Origin: the human T2T-CHM13v2.0 reference genome, Homo sapiens
Length of the DNA: 64,000 nt
Strand: one strand, 5' to 3'
Assembly (NCBI RefSeq): GCF_009914755.1
Contig: NC_060937.1
The position numbers and the translations under genes were made by a program. Under the pieces are notes generated by a model. It ran no database searches, was not told the origin of the DNA, and saw only the letters and a list, made by a program, of their open reading frames with translations. This document shows positions 51,530 through 64,000 of this stretch, piece by piece; position 1 is the first letter of the stretch; each line of letters opens with the position of its first letter.

Positions 51530-53210
51530 AGTTTATTCTTCAGAAGTAACTACTTTCAATGGTTTCCCCATAAGTTGAGGCAGAAGAACTAACCGTAGTG
51601 GTATAGGCACCCAGGCAAAAGGAGGAACTCAGCTCTGTAAAGGAGCCAAATAAGTCATTGGAAAGAATTAAAGCTGAGATTCTAACGGTTTCCGTTTCTA
51701 TTAATCATTCCTCTGGCTATTTCTAGTTCTTACGTGGTTCTCTGTAAAACTTTGAATACCATGCATTCACACCTCAATTCTTTGATTTACTGATTTTGGA
51801 CATGTATCTATTGCCACCCTGTCATCATCATTATTGGGAAAGATGAGGAATATAGCTTACTTATGCCTTTCTCTCCCTTTACTCCTACTAATGATTACTT
51901 GTTTGTTATTTTTAGACCTTCTACTGACTACCTTTATGATTTCAAATCATAACTTCATAGTCTATTTCTTGATATATCAAATGTAAACAATGTCTCTTCA
52001 CTCCTTATTATGTAAGATGAGATTTGCATTTTTCTTTTCCAAACATCTATCAGCTCTAGACTATTGCTTTTACATTATATGGTTATATAGTTATAACATT
52101 TCAACTTCCTGAGGTTGTGTTTAGGTGTAGGGTTTTTTTTTTCTTTAAATTCAATGGGTTGTTTCAAAGTGGACTTTTTATTTCAGTGTTTAGAATTTTC
52201 TATTTTTAATTTCTAAAATTATTTTCTATTTCCCGTATTTTTCTAGTTTCTTCTTTTGGAACTTTCATTAGGTGAATATTGAATATACTGGAGTGAAGTC
52301 TTCATCTTTTCATAATCTTGCTCTGTGTTTTGGGAGATTGCGTCACTTTTTTTTTTTTTTTTTTTTGGCCTCCCTTTTATCTTCTGTCTTCCACTGTATT
52401 CTTTTCATTCTGATGATCAAAGTTTTCATTTGGATTCTCTCTGATTTTTATTTTTTAAATAGCATCCTCTTCTAATTTATGGCTGGGTTATCTTTCAAAT
52501 CTCTCTGAGTTTACTACTTGTATTTTAAAAGTTATCTTTTGTTTCCTAAACTATCTCTATATCCTCCAGGATAATTTTTTCCAGCTTGTAGACTTTTGTC
52601 TTTTCCTACAGCATTTGGAGTCCCTTGATTGTTAATATCAATGCCTTCAGTTCCAGATAGCTGGCATGGGCTTCCTCTGGCATTGTGTGGGTGTGCTTTT
52701 CCAAAAGGGCTTTTTCTTACAAACAGGTGACTGCAAATTCAGTGTGTGTGGCCAGGCATGTCAGCCTTAGCTCTCCCCAGACAGCTTGTTCAGCTTCTTC
52801 AGAGAGCTCATCGCCTGCTTCCCCAAGGGCCAATGCCACAACTGTTAGCATCTTTGCACAGAGTCGTAGGGAGACAGGTGTGCTGTACAGACTTTTGATT
52901 CCTCTGTGGTGTTCCGCTCCTTCTCAGTACAGATGGTTCAGAGTCGAGGCCTTCCTAAGGCTCTATGGGGAGGTGTGGCTCCCACTTCCACTGAAGCTTT
53001 CTTCTGAGTCTTCCTTTGCTCAGGGTAAACCTCAGTATGATTCTGTTGATTCCTATCTTTCAGAAATTCAGCAATGTCTCTTAACAAATGAAGATTGACC
53101 ACCTGTTCACCACGCGTTCTTGGATTTATTTCTGTTTTGTGCAACATTCATGTTGTTTCATTGTGATTCCTCTTGAGAATGTGGGGGTAAAGATACATGC
53201 TTAGTTTATT
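51530..53210 (-). mobile_element. Probable very old L1ME/HAL1 remnants
   Basis: T-rich strand bias and cagaagtaactactttcaa-type L1ME motif; family uncertain. Confidence 0.3.
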
Positions 53211-53369
53211 CTCAGAAGCCCCCTGTGAGGCAGATATGATTTATGACCATCTCAGGCTGTAGCTTTTGGGAACACTGGCTTTTCTATAGTTTATTCCTGC
53301 TTCTTTCAGAGGGGAGCAGCATGAAAGCCTAGGTCTACTTCTAGGAATATATTTAAAATGAAAAATATA

Positions 53370-53545
53370 CTCTTGTTATGAAAAATCTGAGCATATGCAA
53401 AAGTAGAGAGAAGAGTATGATGCACCTCAATGTGGTTGTCACCCAGCTTCAACAAATACCTCTGAGCAACCTTGTTTCCTCTTTATCTTTCCTCACTCTA
53501 CTCCTTTCACTGAATTACTTTGAAGCTAATCCTAGACATCACATT
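53370..53545 (-). mobile_element. L1MC-type 3' fragment
   Basis: caaaagtagagagaagagtatgatg..tcacccagcttcaaca..tttgaagctaatcctagacatca. Confidence 0.7.
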
Positions 53546-53836
53546 GAAACATTGAAATAAAAGCTAGCAATGTGGGAATAAAATCTCAAGCCAGACTACT
53601 GAGGTTAGGTTTGCCTCTTCTGTGTCATGTGCCTGCTATCAGGTGAGTGAACTCAGGCAGCTGCTGATGTCTGGACTGTTCCCCAGGGCCTAGATAGATT
53701 AAGCAATAGGTGACAATAAACTTTTTCCCCCAGCTGTAATGTATTTTTTCTATTAAAAGGTAAGTGACTCAGTAAATATTTACAAATACCAAGAAGTAGT
53801 TAAGTAGAATATAGTGGCTTTAAAAAGGTATCTACA

Positions 53837-54129
<293 letters not shown>

Positions 54130-54429
54130 TCATACTCTGGCAGTAGAACTGTTATTTGATTCTCTTCCTTTTTTCCTCTGGGCGGTTAGTACTGCATGCA
54201 GGAGGAGGGAATAAGAAAGAGTCAGGAGTATGCAAGCTCAATGCTAGCTGAAAGCTCCTAAAACCAGTGTCTCAGGGATTCCCATGAAAAGCCAAGTGTG
54301 GTCCTGATAGAAAATGTTTCCAAAGGTAACTGACATCCCCGCACCCTTAGTTTTTGTCTCTGGTCTAGAAAGAAAAAATTCCATTTAGGAATAAAAAGAG
54401 AACCTAATGACATGTACAGTGTTAGATGT

Positions 54430-55285
54430 GTCTCAGTGTGATCATCTTTTCTTATAGCTTCAACCATCATGTCTATATTAATAATTCCTGGCAGATCTCT
54501 TTTCAGCTCAGATTTGTTACCCAAATTGCAGGGTTACTCGTTGGAAGCACCTATAGCAGTACCTAGTACATAATAGGTATTTAGATATTGATCTTGATGT
54601 ACTAGTAGACATTTTCAAATAGACATTATATTGCAATTTAACATTTGTTTTAGTCTCAAATCCACCTTCTCCTGGTTCTACACGTTGCTCGCAGCACCCT
54701 GTCCTCCTTGGTTGAGTAGGTGTTAGCTGTAGCTTCCTCCCTGTTCTTTGCTTGGCACATCTAATTGTCCACCAAGACCTGTGTTGACTCTCTTTGCATT
54801 TTCCCACAAATACACTTTTAAATTTCCACATCTGCTACCTTAGTTCTCCTTTTTGAATCAGTGTAGCACCCTCCCAACTAGTGTTTTTGCTCTAGTGTTC
54901 CCTCCTACATGCCATCCTGGTATTAAATGTCTTAAAAATCTAGTTTGACTGTCACTCCCCTCTCATGCTTAGGACCAAAACCCCTCAGTTATTTCCTGTT
55001 GCCTTTAGAAGGGAGTCCTAATGCCATTGTGTGGCATGGTATGGCAGGCTGTCCACATGCAATGCTCAGTGTACCTTTCCAGTCTTCAGGCCACTTATTT
55101 CAACTTACTTGCTTTGTTTATTTATTTGTCTTTACTGTTTGTCACTCACACTGGAAATAAACTCTATAAGGGCAGAGACACTTCCATCCATGTCAACTGA
55201 TGTATCTATCCACAATGCCTAACGTGATGTTTGAGACATAGGAGTATTGAATAACAATACACTGAATAAATGAATGAATAAATGT
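54430..55285 (+). mobile_element. L2 fragments ending in 3' tail
   Basis: atagcttcaaccatcatgtcta..; ctggaaataaactctataagggcagagac..gaataaatgaatgaataaatg. Confidence 0.6.
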
Positions 55286-56059
55286 TCTTTACTCCTCTCT
55301 GTAATTCTATGCTGAATCAATTGAAATTATTATTTTCTCAATTACAAAATGATATTTCCTACCCTCTCCTTTTGTCTTCTGCTCTTTTGGAATAGTTACA
55401 TTCTCTCCACCTTTACTGCTAAGACCCAACTCTAATTCTATATTCTGCATCTTGCCTTCCCTGCACTGGGAGGGTCCTTGGACTTTATTTATTTATTGCA
55501 TCCTGTCTCATATTGTGGTTATTTATTTATTATCTTGTCTTTCTCTGAGAAATTGTAAGCTCCTAGAGAGTGGGAAGTATGTCTCCCATATTTTGGAGGC
55601 ATAATTCCTATGTTTTTATACCTTCCACAATTGTGATACCCACTAAGGATGTTTGAATCACTCAGACTTGTATTCACTCGTAAATGAGAAGTTGATAGCT
55701 ATAAATATTTCACCCTTTTCTTCTACACTTACTCTCCAAATCCCATATATGTTCTTTATGATGTCAATCATTGACTGACCATTGAGTTTTCTTCTATTTT
55801 CTGCGCGTTATATATTTATGATATTGTGGAACTCCTCACTGGCATTGGGATTTGGTGACCCAACACGATGTGTTTTTAGACTCAAACTCCTATAATTGAC
55901 CATTGGGTTTCTGTTCATTTATTATTAATCTGGATAGAAATGCTGTGCTGAAACCCAGCTCCAGCTCAGAAAAAACACTGTATGGAGTAGCTTCTGAATT
56001 GCATGTCCTTAATTTGAAATTGGATTAGTCTCTCTAATGTGTAAAACATGGGAATTAAG

Positions 56060-56255
56060 GAGCCAGCTCTGCCACTTGCTAGCATTGTAACCTTGGTCAA
56101 ATTACTTAACCTCTTTTTGACTCAGCTTCCTCACCTATGAAGTAGGGGTAATAATAGAGGCTAATTTCCATGTTTGTTGTGAAGATTAAATGACTTATTA
56201 CAAACAAATTAATTAGAATAGTGTCTGGCATGCTGGAAGCAGACAGACAATAAAC
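56060..56255 (+). mobile_element. MIR
   Basis: ccagctctgccacttgctagc..ccttggtcaaattacttaacctc..ttgttgtgaagattaaatga. Confidence 0.85.
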
Positions 56256-57065
56256 ATTCTCTGCTGTTATTGAGGGAATGCCATTTTGAAAAGTTTATTT
56301 AGGGACTCATTCCATTCTGAGCAAGGACTTCATATCCCTGAGTTAGATGTGGTGGAAACCACTATGATAATCTCTGTGATTAGTCTTTCTTCCTTCAATG
56401 ACTTTGGGAAACTCTTTAAATCTTAATGTAGGAGACCTTTATAGTCTGGCCTCTGTTTATATTTCTGGCCAGACATGCTAATTTTTTTCCTTCCCTTGTA
56501 AAGTGCTATAATTTATCTCATCTTCAGGCTTTCATACAAGCAATCCCTTGGTATACATTTACCCAACTTTAGTATCATTTCTTTGGGAGTGTCTTCCCTG
56601 ATAATCACTTTCCTCACTCCTAAAATTAGGTGTATTTCCCATGAATTACTACAGTCAGGGATGATATTATAAGTATTTAATAATGAGTCTAGCATTGGCA
56701 TAATCAATATGGTCTTACAACTGTCATGGCACTAGAGTGGGGTCTTGGGAACCTCTGGCATCTTTCCTTTAGTTGCTGAGTTGAGAGGCACTCTTGAAGG
56801 TACAGAGAGGCTGAGGGAGCTAGGGTGATGAAGAGAGGCATTCTGGGAGCTCAGAGCAACAGCTACACACCAGATGGTACAGGCCTACTATAATGGCTTA
56901 ACTGCTGAGCCCATGGCAGTTTTACCAGTGGAAGACCAGCCTTGATTGAGACCCTTTATGCTTCCTCTAGCAACACACTTATCACGCTATTAAATAATTC
57001 TAGTGGTCTATTTCCTTATATATATTTTCCACCAAACTTTGAGTCTTAATCAATATACCCTTTTA

Positions 57066-57595
57066 AGGATGGTCTTAAGTGTGTTCCCCTGAAAGTAGAG
57101 TCTGAGTCAAGAACTCATTTCATGTAGAGTTTCGGGAATTGATCCCAGAAAGCAGACTAAAGACTGGGGAGAGTGAGAGGAGAAAGAAGAAAATCCAAGT
57201 CAGGGGTGTGGTTTCTAAGTCACTGCTATAGGGAATAAGGGTGAATGCTGCCTCATCTTCTTGGTTGTGAGAGAATTCCTCCCAAAATTTTCTTCTCAAG
57301 AAGGGGAGGTTGGAGCACTTTTCCCCAGGCACCCATTCCCCTTGGGCTGAGGATCTCTGCTGGAAGCATTCACTCCCTTGCACTTCTGGATTGCATGTGT
57401 GTATAAATAGAGGTGACTTGTCAGAATCAGAAAAAGTCCTGGGACAGAAAACAGTAACGCACCCAATGCATGTCTGAGGGGGTGCATAAATCAGTGCAGT
57501 GTGAATCTACGCTTGCACACAACTCTCCACTGAAGGTGCAGCTAACATATGGTAGGAGAAAATTTGACATAGGGCACCGGAGGTATTTTTCACAT
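57066..57595 (-). mobile_element. Old ERVL LTR (LTR16/LTR40-like)
   Basis: gttcccctgaaagtagagtctgagtcaagaact..gatcccagaaagcag..gggagagtgagagg; family uncertain. Confidence 0.5.
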
Positions 57596-58405
57596 GATAT
57601 AGTACCACCAAGAACCCAGCTTTTTTGAAAATTTAATGGATGACTTACTAAATTTCATGCTTTTCATGTTCTTCTCCAATTCTTTCTCAATAGCTTCTCT
57701 TCCACACACTCAAAGGCTTAACAAGCAAATATTGACTACCTAGTACACATGAGATTTTGTTGATAGGTCCTGTGATACAGCAGTGATAAGACCCAGTTGC
57801 TGCCTTTCATAGAGCTTCACAACTTTCAGATCCTGACCCAATGCTACATAAATGGCTTCAAAGCATTGCACATTATGTGTAAGTCTTGAAATTTTGATTT
57901 AGTAGAATATTGGGTACAGATGACAGAGACCAGGGGTTCTTATTCCAGTCCTAGACCCTGATATTTCTTATTCCTTCTATACCTAGGTTTTTTTTTTTTT
58001 TTTTTTACATCTTAGATGGGAATTGTGTCACCTATCTTTTCTTACTCTGCACTAGGTTGGGAGGACAAAGGGAGGTAATGCCTACATAAGCAAGATATGA
58101 AACAAGCTCAAACACACCCTGTTTGAAAATGTAAATAAGCAGATGAAATAAGAAAACAACTGAAATGTATTACAGTATCTAAAATCTCCCCTCTCCTCCT
58201 CCGGTTTTGAGACTTTCAGGGTAAAGCTTATAAAGTGCACGTCAGTTTCGAACCATGAAACAGGAAACTTCTGTTCAGGTTTATTATAATGTAAACCAAT
58301 GCCTTAAACTAGGCCCTTCCCCAATAGAAGAGAAGGGAGAGGGAGGACTGTTTATTGAACATTTTCTATGTACCAGCATGGGTTAGCTACTTCATATGCA
58401 GATCT

Positions 58406-58957
58406 TGTAACCATAATATGTTTGTCACTCCATGCACAGAGCAAGTCAATACACAGAGACACCAAATTGCAGCAGAGAAAGAGGCTTAATTGTAGGGTCA
58501 CCAAATGAGGAGATGGGAGGAAACCTCAAATTAATCTCTCCAAGGAGTCTGGGGTTAGGGTTTTTAAGGGTTTTGGAGAGGGCTGAAGTGTGGAGATCAT
58601 TGATTGATTGAAGAGTGCAGGGTGAGATCATGAGACAGGAAGTTGAAGAAGCAGTATTCTCATGCTGAATCCATTTCTCTGTGGGGGGTCATCAAACTAG
58701 TGGGTGTCAGCTGTTTTGCTGGACTTTGGGTCTGGAAAATATCTTAAGCAATTCTTAAACAAAGCCTTATGAGTCTAACATCAGAAATCCTATCTATAGG
58801 AACAATGGGGATGCAAATGGTCAGTATCTAGTGTTGTGGTGACTTTTAGCAACAAGAAAGCGGGGCAAAAGTACAGCCTTGCTAATGCTTAATTATAATG
58901 ATATTTCTGTCCAGAACCTGGCATGCAATTTTTGCCAACCTTGTGGGGATAGTTTCA
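58406..58957 (-). mobile_element. ERV1 solo LTR (LTR26-like) with 4-bp TSD, inserted in a MIR remnant
   Basis: TG..CA ends; aatcctatctataggaacaatggggatgcaaatggtcagtatctagtg; TSD ATCT at 58402-58405 and 58958-58961. Confidence 0.85.
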
Positions 58958-60136
58958 ATCTCTTGGCAGAGCTATAGGTGATGCATCTAGTCTTTGGTTC
59001 CAGCCTCCTCTTGTGATGTTCTTGGAAACTCCAGGTGGTTATTTCCTCTTTGTCCTTTCTCACCACTCTCACAACAGTGTTCAACAGATTCAATATTTCT
59101 CACCTCACTCCTTTCCATTTCCACACCTTCTGCATTCCTTGCCTTAGTATCTTGCTATGTGTCAGGTTCATGTATATAAAAAATACCATTCCCATTAAGG
59201 AATTAGTGAAGGATACTGACATGAGGACATTGCATTTTAATTCAAATAGTAATTTCAAAGCTGAGATTTTCAGGTAATACAGCATTCAGTGGGAGAGAAA
59301 TTTGGAGGACGAAGTGGATATTTTGCTCATTCTCAAGTGACAGCACTTGTAATATCTTTCTACAGGGCTTACCCTGCTTATATCATAATGTCAAGCAACC
59401 TGTGGCATCGTTTGACTCTATGGGGATGGCAAAATTTCCATCATCATTATCAATTCTCACGTATCTGACTGCAGTAAAACAATGACCTTTTCAGGTGTTA
59501 AAATGGGACATTAGCAAAAGTAAGAAGAATACAGGGGAGAAAAGGTCAGCTGAAACCAACAACATTTCACTTATGAAATGAGTGGAGATAGTCTCAGAAA
59601 TATTATCTTTTTTTCCTTCTAACTCTACTATTGGCTTTGAGTTGTAACCTATGGAGGCAGCCTTTGGTAAAAGAATAACGAATGGTAATTGTGGCCTCAA
59701 ATATTGGCAGAGCTATCCTTGTCTCAGATTCATTTCTTTATTTGCAATAATGTTTTATCTTTTTAAAAGGATTCTAAAACTGAATAATCCATTTCATCTA
59801 TTATGACACCTTTGCAGTTGTTGTAATGATCATCACTCAAGTGCTTTTTATATGTATGTATAGCACGAGTGTCCATTTTTCTTAAAAACCATTGTAAAGA
59901 GTGAGAGAACACCACAAACACCATTCCTGTACTTTTAAATTCTGGTGAAAACATTTTGCTGTAAGATGGTTCATTTTTAACACCTGAGTCTATGTTCAAG
60001 TAATTTGGTTTTGGTTTTAACAATGGTGCCAAAGTATCAGAGGTGTTTAAACCAGAGCAGCTCCATCTTGAATAGCGGCTGGGTAAAATGAGGATGAGAC
60101 CTGTGGGGCTGCATTCCCAGGAGGTTACACATTCTT

Positions 60137-60437
60137 TTTTTTTTTTGTTTTCAAGATGGAGTCTCACTCTGTTGCCCAGGCTGGAGTGCAATGGTGCAAT
60201 CTTGGCTCACTGCAACCTCCACCTCCTGGGTTCAAGCAATTCTTATGCCTCAACCTTCTGAGTAGCTGGGATTACAGGTGCCCACCATCACGCCTGGCTA
60301 ATTTTTGTATTTTTAGTAGAGATGGATTTTGCCATGTTGGCCAGGCTGGTATGAAACTCCTTACCTCAGGTGATCTACCCACCTTGGCCTCCCTCCCAAA
60401 GTGCTGGGATTACAGGCATGAGCCACCATGTCCGGCC
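60137..60437 (-). mobile_element. AluS (Sx-like) within MER41B
   Basis: gcaacctcc, gttggccaggctgg, cctcaggtgatc; 15-bp TSD AGGTTACACATTCTT at 60122-60136 and 60438-60452. Confidence 0.95.
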
Positions 60438-60481
60438 AGGTTACACATTCTTAGTCACTGGGTGAGATAGCAGGTTGGTAG

Positions 60482-62040
<1,559 letters not shown>

Positions 62041-63157
62041 AGCTGGCCAAAACCCGCCAAATCCAAAATGGCAATGAAAGTAACCTCTGCTTGTCCTCAC
62101 TGCTTATTATATGCTAATTATAAAGCATTGGCATGCTAAATGAAACTCCCACCAGTGCCATGACAGTTTACAAATGCTATGGCAACATCTGGAAGTTACC
62201 CTATATGGACTAAGAAAGGGAGGAACCCTCAGTTCCTGGAATTGCCCACCCCTTTTCTGGAAAACTCATGAATACCCACCCTTTGTTTAGCATATGATGA
62301 AGAAATAAGCATAAAAATAGACAACCAGCAGCCCTCAGGGCTGCTCTGCTTATGGAGTAGCCATTCTCTCATTCTTTTATTTTCTTAATAAACTTGGTTT
62401 CAGTTTACTCTATGGACTTGCCCTAAATTCTTTCTTGCAGGAGATCCAAGAACACTCTCTTGGTACCCCGTTCTGGTAACAAAAGTACAGAATTAACAGA
62501 ATTTATTTACTTTTGTTCTTTTAGAACCCTTCCACTGGCTCAAACTTTGAGTTAAATTTCAAAATTAATATATATATTTTTCCTAGACAAAGGCATATTT
62601 CTTAAACCTGTGTTTTATGATTTTATAATTTAACATTTCTGATGAGGAGAAAACCTTAGGCAAACACCAAGAGCTCTCAAGAAACCTTCGAATTGACTTT
62701 TATATTACAAAACAGGCTCAGAATCAGAAAAGACATAGAATCTGACACATTATTAGGTACAGAATAATCAATGAAAAATGTGATTGATTGATCCAAAATG
62801 ATTAGAGGAGAAACTGTAATTAGGTTAGTTGAAATTTGCATGACCCTGTGGGTTTGTACAGAAAGCTATTATATCTAGGATGGGAGGCTCTGTCTCCTTA
62901 CCATGGAAATGTATTTAAATAAACCCAAATACAAGCAAACACTGCACATTTTCTCTCCTCTTTTTCCTCACTAGCTTTTACTTTGTTTGGACTTCGCAGA
63001 TATCAGCAGGGAACAATGACCAGGTAGATACCATTTCATTCCTTAGCAACCTGCCCCATCTTCTACATCTTCATATGCTAAGCCCAACCATTAATTAATT
63101 CTACATGCTTTTCACTTTGGCCATGCTCATTAGACTTAAAATAAACAGAATTCAACC

Positions 63158-63273
63158 TTATTTTATTTATTTATTTATTTTTAGAGACAGGGCCTTGCTA
63201 TATTGTCCAGGCTGGCATCAAACTCCTGGACTCAAGCAATCCTCCCACTTTGGCTTCCCAAGTAACTGGGATT
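63158..63273 (-). mobile_element. FLAM/Alu monomer with (TTTA)n tail
   Basis: tttatttatt..agagacagggccttgctatattgtccaggctgg..caaactcctggactcaagcaatcctccc. Confidence 0.8.
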
Positions 63274-63972
63274 CTTTCAAAATTAATTGAGATAATTTCC
63301 CTATTGTGGTAATTAAACTTGGAAAAGCAATAAAACAGGTTTTGAAAATGGAGAAGCATTTTTCATCACATGTTATCTTGAACACTAGACTCATACTATC
63401 TGGAAAGCAAAGATTTGTGATTAAGTATGTGTGGCAAATGCTGTATCTGCTGCTACTTTAAGGGTGGTCCATTAACTGCTGCCTGTCCCCAGACTGTTTC
63501 CTGTCTGTGATGTGATGCATACAAAAATGAGACTGTGCAGAGACCTGAATAGAAACTTGATGTAATAATTTTATATCTGTTAAATCTAATAATTAAAAAT
63601 TAGGGACTATTTTTATTTCAGTTTTCTAGTAAATCACTTCTATTATATTTTACTAAAATAATGCTCCAGTATGAATTAGGGAAAAAAAAAAAACCCAAAA
63701 CTGATCCTTCACCACAGATAGTCAGAGAAACAATGCTATATACTATTGTTTTTTCTTAGAGATTCACAGCATTTGCTATATAATAAAGATTCTGAGAAGC
63801 CACACAGTAAAGAGACTCATTTAATTCAGTGTTTCCAAATACTTCTGAGGCCTCAGAAATCTTTTTTTTTTCTTGTGGGTTACCTCTATTAATAGTCTAT
63901 GTATTTCATGTTTTACAGAATACATCTTGGGGATTGTTAAATTATGATAAGCAATGTTCATAAAGTAGTTTG

Positions 63973-64000
63973 GGCCGGGCATGGTGGCTCATGCCTCTAA
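63973..64000 (+). mobile_element. Alu 5' end, cut by window edge
   Basis: ggccgggcatggtggctcatgcct. Confidence 0.85.

Overview
This is primate, almost certainly human, non-coding genomic DNA (intergenic or deep intronic). A human-lineage AluYb8 with its diagnostic 7-bp duplication sits at 38479. I found no credible cellular protein-coding exon, CpG island, tRNA, rRNA or CRISPR array. The ORF track is chance ORFs plus decayed L1 ORF2 fragments. The window is a layered transposon landscape: MIR, L2, old L1M, two 5'-truncated L1PA, about 8 Alus, solo LTRs (MST, THE1A, MLT1, MLT2, LTR12, LTR26-like, MER41B) and hAT DNA transposon fragments, plus a full-length 7SL retropseudogene. I see no new multi-gene biological system. 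The most interesting structures are: (1) an apparent L1 3' transduction carrying a MER33 fragment, revealed by a displaced target-site duplication (TSD); (2) a 34-bp-arm palindrome that folds without mismatches on the minus strand; (3) two nested LTR complexes with intact TSDs and DUX4, STAT1 and NF-Y motifs; (4) a strong CTCF site and two REST/RE1-like sites. Repeat family names come from recalled consensus sequences, and boundaries of old repeats are approximate.
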